From: Chloroflexia bacterium
Lineage (GTDB): Bacteria > Chloroflexota > Chloroflexia > DTKN01
Reading direction: 5' to 3'
Length of the DNA stretch: 64,000 nt
NCBI GenBank assembly: GCA_036172265.1
Contig: JASFBA010000084.1
Coordinates: 18,169-82,168 of the forward strand
Shown here: in pieces, positions 19,336 through 28,008 of the stretch
How positions within the stretch are numbered: the first letter of the stretch is position 1
Layout of the letters: each line of letters starts with the position of its first letter
Translations under genes and position numbers: made by a program
Notes under the pieces: model-generated
Seen by the model: only the letters and a program-made list of their open reading frames with translations
The model's database searches: none
What the model was told of the DNA's origin: nothing

Positions 19336-20001
19336 ATGTCGGCAGCCAGCACGCGAGAACAGATTCTCTTTCTTCTGCGGACCGAGGGCCCGTTGACGGC
19401 CGCGCGTCTGGGAGAGCGCCTGGGCATCGGCATCACCGCCGTGCGCCAACATCTGGAGCGACTACGGGCTGAGGGGTGCGTCGAGGTGGCCGGCCTGAAG
19501 CGCGGGCGAGGCCGGCCCTGTCAACTCTTTTCCCTGACCCCGGCCGCCGACCGCCTTCTGCCCCAGGGCTATGAGGCTCTGGCCCTGGACCTTCTGGAGG
19601 CAATCCTGCGTTTGCCCCAGGGAAATATGCTGGTCCGGCAGATCCTTTCTGCCCGACGGAAACTGTGGCTCGAACGCTACAGTTCACGCCTGGCCGGCTT
19701 CCCCCTGAACGAACGGCTCGCCCAGATTACCGAGATTTTCAACGAAAAGGGGGGACTGGCTCATTACGCAGCCCAGGCCGACGGCTCCTATCTCTTGACC
19801 AAGCATCACTGCAATATCTCGGCCGTGGCCCTGCGTCACCCGATCTTTTGCCAGGAGGAACAGGCCTGGCTGCAGGAAGCCCTGGAGTCCCAGGTAGAGG
19901 TACTGCGACTTCGGGCTCGTGGAGACCCATTCTGTCAGTTCCGTATCATCCCTCGCCCAGCAGTTGCCGCATCTGTTGGGCCAAGGGGAGGAGGAAGATA
20001 A
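19336..20001 (+). CDS. winged helix-turn-helix transcriptional regulator
   Basis: Start at internal Met of ORF 19237..20001. REQILFLLRTEGPLTAARLGERLGIGITAVRQHLERLRAEGCV is a wHTH, and the C-terminal region carries conserved His/Cys. TAATG overlap with the downstream crp-like gene. Confidence 0.6.
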   Translation: MSAASTREQILFLLRTEGPLTAARLGERLGIGITAVRQHLERLRAEGCVEVAGLKRGRGRPCQLFSLTPAADRLLPQGYEALALDLLEAILRLPQGNMLVRQILSARRKLWLERYSSRLAGFPLNERLAQITEIFNEKGGLAHYAAQADGSYLLTKHHCNISAVALRHPIFCQEEQAWLQEALESQVEVLRLRARGDPFCQFRIIPRPAVAASVGPRGGGR

Positions 20002-20672
20002 TGCAACGGGGACCGTTCCCTCATCTAGCCGCCGTCCGGCCGGATCCTTGGTGGAGGTTGAAGCAAGCAGCCCGCCGGAGGACGTTCCACAGAGGAGAAG
20101 TGCTCTTTCAGGCCGGCAGGCCGGCCGACGAACTGTACCTGCTGGAACGGGGTCGGATTCGGCTTTTCAGCCGCTCTCCCCAAGGCCGGAGACTGACCCT
20201 GAGCGTCGTGGAGCCAGGGGACATCTTCGGCGAACAGGCCCTTTTCCCCCGGGGGGCCCGGACCAGCCACGCCCAGGCCCTGACCGATGGGGTACTCTAT
20301 GCCCTGTCCCGCCAGAGGTTGGAGGAACTCCTGTGGGAGGACCCCACCCTGGTCTTGCAGGTCCTGGAGAACCTGGGGAAGCGGCTCCGTTCCGTGGAGC
20401 GCCGTTTGGGCGACCTGGTCTTCAAGTCGGCTCCGGAACGGCTGGCGGCGTTGCTCCTGGACATGGTCGATCCGAGAGTCCGACAGAGTTCTGGGCCGAC
20501 CTGGTTGCCTTTCCGCTACACCCACCAGCAGTTTGCCGAAATGATCAACACCCATCGGGAAACGGTGACCAAGATCTTCAGCCGCTTCCGCGACGACCGT
20601 CTGCTGGATTTTGACCGGGATCAGATCGTCCTGCTGGATATGGAACGCCTGCGGGAGATGAGCCTGCGCTGA
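20001..20672 (+). CDS. Crp/Fnr family transcriptional regulator
   Basis: cNMP-binding domain (GEVLFQAGRPADELYLLERGRIRL...GDIFGEQAL) plus a C-terminal HTH (HQQFAEMINTHRETVTKIFSRF). SD AAGGGGAGGAGG. Confidence 0.8.
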   Translation: MQRGPFPHLAAVRPDPWWRLKQAARRRTFHRGEVLFQAGRPADELYLLERGRIRLFSRSPQGRRLTLSVVEPGDIFGEQALFPRGARTSHAQALTDGVLYALSRQRLEELLWEDPTLVLQVLENLGKRLRSVERRLGDLVFKSAPERLAALLLDMVDPRVRQSSGPTWLPFRYTHQQFAEMINTHRETVTKIFSRFRDDRLLDFDRDQIVLLDMERLREMSLR

Positions 20673-20716
20673 TGGGCCGCCGGCAAAGTGGCCGACGGAC
20701 GCCCAGGAGTGGGAAA

Positions 20717-20869
20717 ATGGCGAAGAGTTTACAAGAAGCCCTTCTGGAGGTCGAGGAAGACCTAAAGCGAATCGGCCTGCGGGTCCGAACGGGCAGGAAG
20801 CGTCGGCGTGTCCGCCGCAAGGAGCCACCTGCTTCTTCCCAGGAATCCTCGGCTCGGCCGTCCCGCTAG
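20717..20869 (+). CDS. possible small basic protein (50 aa)
   Basis: AGGAG SD 7 nt upstream of ATG, Lys/Arg-rich. Weak call. Confidence 0.2.
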   Translation: MAKSLQEALLEVEEDLKRIGLRVRTGRKRRRVRRKEPPASSQESSARPSR

Positions 20870-22299
20870 ATGTCCCCGATGGTCTCGTTCGCCTCTCCCG
20901 GCACGGTACAGTCGAGCGATTCCCGGGGAGGAACCCCGAAGTATTCCTCCACCCGCACCAACCTCAGCGCTCCGGTCGGGCAGGCTGCCAGGCAGGCCAG
21001 TTCGGGGTAGCCCCGGCAGAGGTCGCACTTTTCGGCCCGCGGAACCCCCTTTTCCTTCATCGGCCGGCCTAAGAGCCCGGCGAACAGCCGTTCCCAGAGC
21101 CCGCCGGCCGGCTCCGGGGTGATCTGCACCATCTCGATGGCCCCGTAAGGACAGGCCGGAACGCAGCGGCCGCAGCCGTTACAACGTTCGTTCACAAAGA
21201 GGCGGCCGGCCTCGTCCCATTCCAGAGCCTCCATCGGGCAGGCCGGGATGCACTCCGGATAGAGGCAGTGCCGGCAGGCCGCAGGGAGAGTCACATATCC
21301 TACCACCAGGCCGTCCAGGTGCAGCCGGGAGTGTCCGAAGCGCCGCTGACAGGCTTCCTCGCAACGGCGACAACCCCGCGGACAGCGCATCCGCTCCCTT
21401 ACCAGGAGACGCTCGGCTACGGCCGCTTCCCCACGGACTACCTGATTGAGCACCTGGGCCCGCCGCAAATCGCTTTGGATTTCCAGCGTGCGTTGCAGCC
21501 GTTTCCGTACGATCCCTTCAACCGCCCGACGCAGCACCGGCTGCTCCTCCAGAAGGCTGCGGAAAGTGGTCTCGGGAAGTTCCAACACCTCCAGGCGGGT
21601 AAGCGCCCAGACGGTGGCCGAACGGGGTTGCCGGAGCACCAGCGCCATCTCGCCGAAAAAATCGCCGGCGGCCAGGACGGCCAGGGCCTGCTCTCGCTCC
21701 GTGCCATAGTTCCGGGCGACGACCGCCTGTCCCCAGGCGATGAGAAACAGGGAGCGGTCGGGTTCGCCTTCGCGAATGACCACCTCGTGGCGAGCGTAAG
21801 ACCGTGGGGTCAAGCAGGCCGCTATGGCCTGGCGTTCCTGACGGGAAAGGGGGCTGAAGAGCGGCACCCGGCTGAGGGCGGTGACGGTCTGGCGTTCTTC
21901 GTGGGCCCGGTAGAGGGCGGCGCGCAGGGTCGGAGCCTGCTCCAGATGGTGGGACAGGGACTCGCGGGAGACCTGAAGGGTGAGACAGGGGGTGAGGGCC
22001 TGGACGGTGGCCGAGCGCGGCTGTCCGGTAAAGAGACTGCCCTCGCCGAAAAAGTCGCCCCGTTCCAGGACGGCCAGGAGGACGGGCCGGCCGGCCAGAT
22101 CTACGGTGGTAACACGTACCTGGCCCTGAAGGAGAAAGTAAAGGTGCTGACCCTCTTCCCCTTCGGCCAGGATGCACTGGTCGGGAGAAAAGGCTCGCAG
22201 CGCCATCCACGGCACCAAGGGAGCGATTTCTTCCTCCGGGATGCCGGAGAAGCAGGGAAGTTGTCGCAATTCGGCCAAAGCCTCGGACGGGACAACCAT
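20866..22299 (-). CDS. tandem cyclic-nucleotide-binding domain protein fused to a 4Fe-4S ferredoxin-type di-cluster domain
   Basis: Two cNMP-binding signatures (GDFFGEGSLF..PRSATV and GDFFGEMALV..PRSATV). C-terminal Cys clusters CPRGCRRCEEAC, C..C..C...CP, CNGCGRCVPACP, CDLC....C..ACP. Start at ATG 22299 with SD AAGGAGAAGG. Confidence 0.75.
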   Translation of the reverse strand: MVVPSEALAELRQLPCFSGIPEEEIAPLVPWMALRAFSPDQCILAEGEEGQHLYFLLQGQVRVTTVDLAGRPVLLAVLERGDFFGEGSLFTGQPRSATVQALTPCLTLQVSRESLSHHLEQAPTLRAALYRAHEERQTVTALSRVPLFSPLSRQERQAIAACLTPRSYARHEVVIREGEPDRSLFLIAWGQAVVARNYGTEREQALAVLAAGDFFGEMALVLRQPRSATVWALTRLEVLELPETTFRSLLEEQPVLRRAVEGIVRKRLQRTLEIQSDLRRAQVLNQVVRGEAAVAERLLVRERMRCPRGCRRCEEACQRRFGHSRLHLDGLVVGYVTLPAACRHCLYPECIPACPMEALEWDEAGRLFVNERCNGCGRCVPACPYGAIEMVQITPEPAGGLWERLFAGLLGRPMKEKGVPRAEKCDLCRGYPELACLAACPTGALRLVRVEEYFGVPPRESLDCTVPGEANETIGDI

Positions 22300-22388
22300 C
22301 GTTTCCTTCTCCTTGCAGGGCCACCGTGAGAAACGCAACCCGAGTTGCCCTACATTATAACAAATCGGCGCGCCCGTTTCAATTGGAA

Positions 22389-23477
22389 TCAGTACTCCGC
22401 CCCCAGGAGGTGTCGGTTGCCGAGGCGTACGTTTCGCAATCCGGCCGCTCGGGCAGCCTCCAGGCACGATTCGGCGTGCCGGAGGGAAGTGGTCGGCAGA
22501 TCGCCCAGGAAAAAGGCCGGCCCAAAGGCCAGCAGGGCATAGGGGATGTCCAGGCTGAAGGAGGCGATGTAGCGGGCCAGCGCTCCCACCTCCTCCGCAT
22601 CTACGTAGCCGGGGACGAGGAGCGTGGCCGCCACCACCAGCGGCGGTTCCGGCCGTTCGGCAAAACGCCGCGCCGCCCGGGCAAAGTTCTCCAGCGTGCG
22701 CCGGTTGGTCACCCCGGTCAGGGCCAGGTGGAGCGGCTCATTCCATGCCTTCAGGTCGAACTTGACGATGCCCCCGCTCTCCAGCGAAAGTTGCACCGCC
22801 CGGTCCAGAAGTTGGGGAGCCATCGTCCCGTTGGTCTCCCAGCAGATGCGGAGGCCTCGCTCGGCCAGGATGTGGGCAGCGGCCAGGGCGTGGGGCATCT
22901 GCGGGGAAGGGTCGCCGCCAAAGTAGCAGATACACTCGGTGCGGGCGTGGGCCGCTCTTGCCAGTTCCTCTGCACTGAGGAGGTCATCCGGAGGATGCAG
23001 GTGGCGGTAATGCCAGTTCTGACAGCCCAGACAGTCAAAGGTGCATGCCCCGTAGAAGACGGCCAGGTTGACCCGGCCGCGCAGGTGGCGGGCCGGGCAG
23101 ACCCAATCGGCGACGCAGTTGGTGGGAAGAGGATCGTCGTACCAGTGAAGCAACCCCCGCCTCGGAGTGCCGGCGTGGTGCAGGAGCCGGCCTCCTCTGT
23201 TTTCCCGCAATCCGCAGTAGCCTCGCTCGCCCTCGGCCATCCGGCAGCGGTGCAGGCAAAGGCCGCAAGAAATACCCCCAGGGGTATCCGGGGGACGTTC
23301 TGGCAGGCCGAACTCCCGCCGGGCGCGGGCATGGGCGGCCGTAGCCAGCAGCAACGCCTCTTCCGGGCGCTCGCGCAAGCAGTCTCCACACACTCCCAGG
23401 AAAGCGGCCACCGGCGGCCGGGTGCGGCCGCAGATCCGGCATGCCCCGCCTTCGAGCCAGCGAAATGTCCTGCTCAT
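22389..23477 (-). CDS. radical SAM enzyme, AmmeMemoRadiSam/PflA-activase-like family, with extra N-terminal Cys4 ribbon
   Basis: CGLCLHRCRMAEGERGYCGLRENRGG matches the N-terminus of AmmeMemoRadiSam-type rSAM proteins. CX3CX2C (CTFDCLGC) is present. An N-terminal C..C...C..C extension is also present. Confidence 0.7.
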   Translation of the reverse strand: MSRTFRWLEGGACRICGRTRPPVAAFLGVCGDCLRERPEEALLLATAAHARARREFGLPERPPDTPGGISCGLCLHRCRMAEGERGYCGLRENRGGRLLHHAGTPRRGLLHWYDDPLPTNCVADWVCPARHLRGRVNLAVFYGACTFDCLGCQNWHYRHLHPPDDLLSAEELARAAHARTECICYFGGDPSPQMPHALAAAHILAERGLRICWETNGTMAPQLLDRAVQLSLESGGIVKFDLKAWNEPLHLALTGVTNRRTLENFARAARRFAERPEPPLVVAATLLVPGYVDAEEVGALARYIASFSLDIPYALLAFGPAFFLGDLPTTSLRHAESCLEAARAAGLRNVRLGNRHLLGAEY

Positions 23478-23484
23478 CGCCCAC

Positions 23485-24984
23485 CTACTGTCCTGGCGCG
23501 GGGTCAGACCGACCCAACTTTCCCAGAGCCACCGTCAGCCCCTTTTGGGTGAGGAGCAGGGCGAAGGTGCTGCGCAACGGCGACATCCGGGCCATCTCCT
23601 CCGCCGCTGCTGCGGCAATGGCTGCCAGCACGTCTTCCCGGGCCCTGGCCAGCCAGCCGGCCGTGTCGCGCAACCGACGGGCGTATCGGAGGCAGACCTC
23701 CGGGGGAAATTCGCTCTGCACCAGGGCAACGATGGCCAGGGCAATTTGCTGTTCCTCCGGATGGGGAAGGTTTGCTCGAAAGAGATTCTGTGCTGTGGCC
23801 TCCACCCTTTCGCTTTCCAGAAACCAGGAGGCCAAGTACGGATGGGCCAGGAAGAGGGAAACGGCCTCGTAGGAGAGGATGCCCGGAATATGGGGCAGGG
23901 TCGGCGGCTCTTCTTCCTCCGTATAACCCCAGATGCGCCCGCAGAAGAAGCGGTACTCCAGGGGATAGGGCAGGCCACAGGCCTCGTTCCAAGCCAGGGC
24001 CTCGCGCAGAAGGTGCTGAGCATAGGCCCAGGAGGCCTCCAGGAGGTAAAGACCGGTCCAGGGATGGGGAGCAGGATACACACTTCCTCTGGGGCCGGCC
24101 GGGGGCAGTTCAGCCGGTCGGTAGGCCATCTCGTAGGCCCCCTCGATGCCCCGCCCGTCGTTCAGGAAGAGGTGCAGGACACGCGGGGTTTCCTCGCTCA
24201 GGAAAAGGAGCAGGCGGTTTCCGCCCCCATCCGGCGGGCTGATCAGGATACGTTTCTCCGGCGGCGGAGGGGGGAGAGGCCGGTCGGGGACACCGCTCAG
24301 GAGAAGTTTGCGTTGTATTCGCTCGACCCAGGGCTGGCGAACAGGGGGGAGGTTGGGCCGGATGATCTGCAGGGCCTGCAGGGCTTCCGGTCGGCGGATT
24401 TTCCCCAACGCCTCCAGCGCCGGCCGAGCGATGCTTTCTCGTTCATCCAGAGCGAAGAAGCGCAAGGCTTCGATGGCCGGCGGACTGGCCGCTTCCCGAA
24501 AGCGGCGGATGGCGTAGAGAATCTCGGAGGGGGGCTGGGCGTGGATGATCGAGAGATAGTCCATCCGGAGCGAATAGGCTTCCTCCGGGGTATCCTCCAG
24601 GAGAGCATTGACAGCCACTTCGGTGGGATTGCCCAGGGCGTTGAAGAGGGCTTCGTCCGTCGGTTCCCCCAGGAACTGGTCCAAAAGGACCAGGGCTACG
24701 ATGCGCCGACGGGCCGAACTTTCCGGGGAGAGGATGGCTCGGCGCAATGCTTCGACCACCTGCCCGCGTTCCGGAATCTGGGCCAAGGTGCGCCCCAGGG
24801 CGCGCACCATCCAAGGGTCCGGTGTATCGAGATAGCGCAGAGCGATGGGCAGGGCGGCCAAGCCGTGTTCCTCCAGAGCACCCAGGAAGGAACGGCTTTC
24901 TTCCTCCGTGCGTGCCTGCGCTAGCCCCTCAAGGGCACTTTGGATTTCCCGACGGCGCTGGAGGGTAGTCAGAACCCGGCCCAT
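23485..24984 (-). CDS. HEAT-repeat (PBS-lyase-type) protein
   Basis: Repeated ALG.IG/RR..A...L motifs. Start taken at ATG 24984 (MGRVLTTLQRR); the upstream part of ORF 23485..25359 overlaps the E1 gene in another frame. Confidence 0.55.
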   Translation of the reverse strand: MGRVLTTLQRRREIQSALEGLAQARTEEESRSFLGALEEHGLAALPIALRYLDTPDPWMVRALGRTLAQIPERGQVVEALRRAILSPESSARRRIVALVLLDQFLGEPTDEALFNALGNPTEVAVNALLEDTPEEAYSLRMDYLSIIHAQPPSEILYAIRRFREAASPPAIEALRFFALDERESIARPALEALGKIRRPEALQALQIIRPNLPPVRQPWVERIQRKLLLSGVPDRPLPPPPPEKRILISPPDGGGNRLLLFLSEETPRVLHLFLNDGRGIEGAYEMAYRPAELPPAGPRGSVYPAPHPWTGLYLLEASWAYAQHLLREALAWNEACGLPYPLEYRFFCGRIWGYTEEEEPPTLPHIPGILSYEAVSLFLAHPYLASWFLESERVEATAQNLFRANLPHPEEQQIALAIVALVQSEFPPEVCLRYARRLRDTAGWLARAREDVLAAIAAAAAEEMARMSPLRSTFALLLTQKGLTVALGKLGRSDPAPGQ

Positions 24985-25855
24985 CTCCGGCTTGCTCCCC
25001 GCTTTCGCCGATGGAGAAGATTTCCACCGTGCCTGCTTCCAGGTCCACAAAGAGGAGGCGGCGGCGCAGCAACTCGCCCCGGCCCAGGAGGATTTTGAGC
25101 ACCTCGGCCACCTGGAAGGCGGCCACCAGTGCCGGTGTGGGGGCCGGCGTGCCCAGGAAAAATTCGGCCCCGTATGCCGGCCCCTGGCCGCCGCCGTAAA
25201 GCCGGGAAAGCGTCTCCTCGCCGGGGAAGACGGTGGAGACCTGGCCGATGAAGCCGGCGATGGCCCCGTGGACCAGGGGCAGGCCCAGTTGGGCGGCGGC
25301 CACTTGAAGCAGGAGTCGGTCGCGGGGCGTATCCAGGGCGTCCACGACCACATCGGCACCGGCTAAAAGTTCTGGCAGGTTTTCCGCCGTGGCCAAGGCA
25401 ACCCTAACCGTTACTTCCACCGCCGGGTTCACCCTCGCTACACGCTCGGCGGCCACCTCGGCCTTGAGCCGGCCCAGGCCGTCCAGCGTGCCGAGGGTCT
25501 GCCGGTTCAGGTTATGAGGGACAAAACGGTCTCCGTTTATAACGATCAGCCGGCCGACCCCGCTGCGGGCCAACCCCTCGATGACGTGGCCGCCCAGCCC
25601 GCCGCAGCCGACCACGGCCACGCATCGCTCCAGCAGCCGGCGCTGCCCCTCCCAGCCAAAGAGGCCCAGGTTACGGAGGTAACGTTCGGGAAGCAGCCCT
25701 TCGTCCAGGGCCCGGAGTTCGATCTGTCGGAGCGGCTGGCCGGACTGCCGGGCCGCTTCCGCTAATGCTTCCGGTGGAAGGGTGGGGACTGCCTCTCCGC
25801 CGGGGCCGGGCAATAGCCGGACCTTTCCTCGCAATTCTCGCAGCCATTCTTCCAT
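24929..25855 (-). CDS. ThiF/MoeB/HesA family E1-like adenylyltransferase (no CxxC zinc motif, no obvious catalytic Cys)
   Basis: VAVVGCGGLGGHVIEGLARSGVGRLIVINGDRFVPHNLNRQ nucleotide-binding motif. Only a C-terminal NPKCP cysteine. Confidence 0.8.
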   Translation of the reverse strand: MEEWLRELRGKVRLLPGPGGEAVPTLPPEALAEAARQSGQPLRQIELRALDEGLLPERYLRNLGLFGWEGQRRLLERCVAVVGCGGLGGHVIEGLARSGVGRLIVINGDRFVPHNLNRQTLGTLDGLGRLKAEVAAERVARVNPAVEVTVRVALATAENLPELLAGADVVVDALDTPRDRLLLQVAAAQLGLPLVHGAIAGFIGQVSTVFPGEETLSRLYGGGQGPAYGAEFFLGTPAPTPALVAAFQVAEVLKILLGRGELLRRRLLFVDLEAGTVEIFSIGESGEQAGDGPGSDYPPAPSGNPKCP

Positions 25856-25860
25856 CGAGA

Positions 25861-26103
25861 CTACCCACCCGCCACGGCCGGGAAGAGGTCCACTCGGTCC
25901 CCATCCTGCAGGACGGCCTCGCGGGATAGAGCCCGTCGGTTGACGAAGACGGTCTGCACTTCGGCCGAGGGGATACCCAATCCGGCCAGAAGGTCCAGCA
26001 CCGTGCTCCCGGCCGGGAGGAGCACCTTTTCACCCTCGCCTAAGGATCCGGCCGGCCGATAGCGCCGCAGACTGGCATAGAGGCGAATTTCCACCTCGAT
26101 CAT
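25861..26103 (-). CDS. ThiS/MoaD-family ubiquitin-like sulfur-carrier/modifier protein ending in Gly-Gly
   Basis: 80 aa, MIEVEIRLYASLRRY...VNRRAL...LQDGDRVDLFPAVAGG*. SD GGAGGTG. Confidence 0.7.
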   Translation of the reverse strand: MIEVEIRLYASLRRYRPAGSLGEGEKVLLPAGSTVLDLLAGLGIPSAEVQTVFVNRRALSREAVLQDGDRVDLFPAVAGG

Positions 26104-26120
26104 GGCCACCTCCAGGCCCA

Positions 26121-26149
26121 ATTATACATGGGGAAAGGACGAGAGGCAA
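26121..26149 (-). promoter_or_regulatory. consensus-like sigma70 promoter (TTGCCT-17bp-TATAAT) for the Ubl–E1 operon
   Basis: On the minus strand, TATAAT maps to plus 26121-26126 and TTGCCT to plus 26144-26149. Two CAACGAAC direct repeats abut the -35 element. Confidence 0.5.
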
Positions 26150-26357
26150 ATTGTTCGTTGATCGTTCGTTGTTGGTCATTTGTCTGTGGTCGTCAGGAAG
26201 CCCCAGGTCACTGGCGAGGACGGCCGCTTTGCCTTCAAGGGAGTTCGCGACGGTTTCCGGACTCGTTCGGGCGGCAATAGAGCGAATCGGGTTCGCAACC
26301 GGCGCCCTCTAGTTGCAGGGTGGTGTGGGTGATATTGCCGCGGAGGCAGAGAACCTC

Positions 26358-26894
26358 CTACAAGGATAGAGGGCGGTCCATCCGCCGGGCGCAGTGGGGG
26401 CAGAAGTCGGCCCCCTTGAAATCGGTATCGGCCAAGGTGTTGGAGAAATGCATCACGCAGCGTCGGTCGGGGCAATGCCCCAGGCCTATGGTGTGTCCGA
26501 GTTCGTGCACCGCCTCCTTAAGGGCACGAAGGCGGAAACGTTCCCTATCCTCGGGTTGACCGTAAAAGGCGGGGTGCAAGCGGGCCAACGCCACCAGTGC
26601 CTCCCGGCCGGAAATGGAGGCCTGGCCGAAGACAAAGTTCAGCCCCGGCGTATAGAGATCGGCCTCGGCCAGGCCCAGGAGTCGCCAGGCTTCGCCGGGG
26701 AGGGCGCGCAGCCGTTCCAACAAGTCGTCGCTGCGGTACTGCCTCCGGCTGGCGTCGTAGGCCTCGGCCGGCAGGGACATCGCCGGCCCGGAGGCCCAGG
26801 GCCGGCCGAAACGGACCTGGAGTTCTTCTCCCAGCCAGGGTAAGAGGCCGGGGGGAAGCGGCCCAATGGGAACAAGGAGAAGTTCGCCGGCCAT
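26358..26894 (-). CDS. archaemetzincin-like zinc metallopeptidase (peptidase M54 family)
   Basis: HELGHTIGLGHC (HExxHxxGxxH) followed by a Cys4 motif CPDRRC...CPHC. TGATG overlap with fbp stop. Confidence 0.7.
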   Translation of the reverse strand: MAGELLLVPIGPLPPGLLPWLGEELQVRFGRPWASGPAMSLPAEAYDASRRQYRSDDLLERLRALPGEAWRLLGLAEADLYTPGLNFVFGQASISGREALVALARLHPAFYGQPEDRERFRLRALKEAVHELGHTIGLGHCPDRRCVMHFSNTLADTDFKGADFCPHCARRMDRPLSL

Positions 26895-27991
26895 CACTCC
26901 TCCAGCGGCTCGAAGCGCTTCTGCAGCCGGGCCATCACCTCCGGCATGGTGGTATATTCCATCTCCTCCAGCGGCAGGCGGTGCGGCTCGAAGGGGCCGT
27001 GGCGGCGCAGATGCTCGGCAATTACGTTGCACATCCGGCGGGCTTCGTCAAAACTGGGGTCGTCGAACATATCGCGGGGGCCGATCAAACGGCCTTCGGC
27101 CAGTTGGAAGCCCAGGGCCACCACCCGGGGTGGGCCGTCGAATCGGCTGGGGTTGCTCCGCTCCACCGGAACCGGCATCAACGGGCCGTAGTGGGAACCG
27201 CGCATCCAGCCCTCGACGATATGGGGCATGGAGAACGGCTCCAGCACCTCCCCTACCGCCGGAAACTCGCCCTGGCAGCGGACGATGCAGACCGGGTCGT
27301 CTTTCCCCACGTAGTGGCCGGCGATGAGCGCCAGGCGCTGGGTTGAGGAGACGGCGGCCACCTTTCCCTCCCGCGTATAAACCGCTTTGACCATATAGCG
27401 GCCGGAAGCCCCGATAAAGACCAGGAGGTCGTAACTTTCCTCCGGGGTAAAGAAGGAGATGCGCCGATGCCCCTTGACGTCGTGTACCTCGAAGCGAAAG
27501 CCCGCATGCATGGAGGGGGAGATGACCAGGCCGGCCGTGTTGAAGGGGTCGGCGAAGATCCGGTAGAGCGGCATGTTCCAGGCCCCGGCCGAGGTCTTGT
27601 CGGCCATGAAGACAATGACCGGTTCGCTCGGGCGTTCCTCCAGTTCCATCTCGGCCACGCCGGGGCCCATCCCGCGCACGTTGCCGGAAAAGGCATCGGA
27701 GAGGAGGTCCTGGCCGGCCCCATAGAGTTTCATCTCCCGGGCCACCCGCGTGCATTCTTGGAACGTCTCCCAAGCCACCTGATGGACCTCCGCGTCGTTC
27801 GTCCCCCGGCGATGGGTCATCACGAGTTCCAGGTCGTCACCTACCCGGGTAACGTGGAAATCAAGGAGCAACCCACGGTGGCGGGCCTGGTCCAGACATT
27901 CGGCGGCCCGCTCCAGGAGTGCCGGATGGATGCTAGAGTGTCCCACATAGCCGCCGACATCGGCCTTGATGACGCTCAGCGTGACTTTCAT
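26894..27991 (-). CDS. fbp: fructose-1,6-bisphosphate aldolase/phosphatase (class V FBPase)
   Basis: The MKVTLSVIKADVGG N-terminus is diagnostic of the class V bifunctional FBP aldolase/phosphatase. Start at ATG 27991 with SD GGGGAGG. Confidence 0.85.
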   Translation of the reverse strand: MKVTLSVIKADVGGYVGHSSIHPALLERAAECLDQARHRGLLLDFHVTRVGDDLELVMTHRRGTNDAEVHQVAWETFQECTRVAREMKLYGAGQDLLSDAFSGNVRGMGPGVAEMELEERPSEPVIVFMADKTSAGAWNMPLYRIFADPFNTAGLVISPSMHAGFRFEVHDVKGHRRISFFTPEESYDLLVFIGASGRYMVKAVYTREGKVAAVSSTQRLALIAGHYVGKDDPVCIVRCQGEFPAVGEVLEPFSMPHIVEGWMRGSHYGPLMPVPVERSNPSRFDGPPRVVALGFQLAEGRLIGPRDMFDDPSFDEARRMCNVIAEHLRRHGPFEPHRLPLEEMEYTTMPEVMARLQKRFEPLEE

Positions 27992-28008
27992 GACAACCTC
28001 CCCACTCG

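Noticed and set aside
20717-20869. 50-aa basic ORF between crp and the cNMP-ferredoxin gene as a confident gene
   Set aside because: It has an SD and ATG but no recognisable fold or motif. It overlaps the 3' end of the convergent gene by 4 nt. Kept only as a low-confidence feature.
26122-26357. Riboswitch (TPP or Moco) in the 236-bp region upstream of the ThiS/MoaD-like gene
   Set aside because: The strongly structured element lies upstream of the mapped -35/-10 hexamers, so it would not be in the 5' UTR. No TPP (CUGAGA) or Moco conserved cores were seen.
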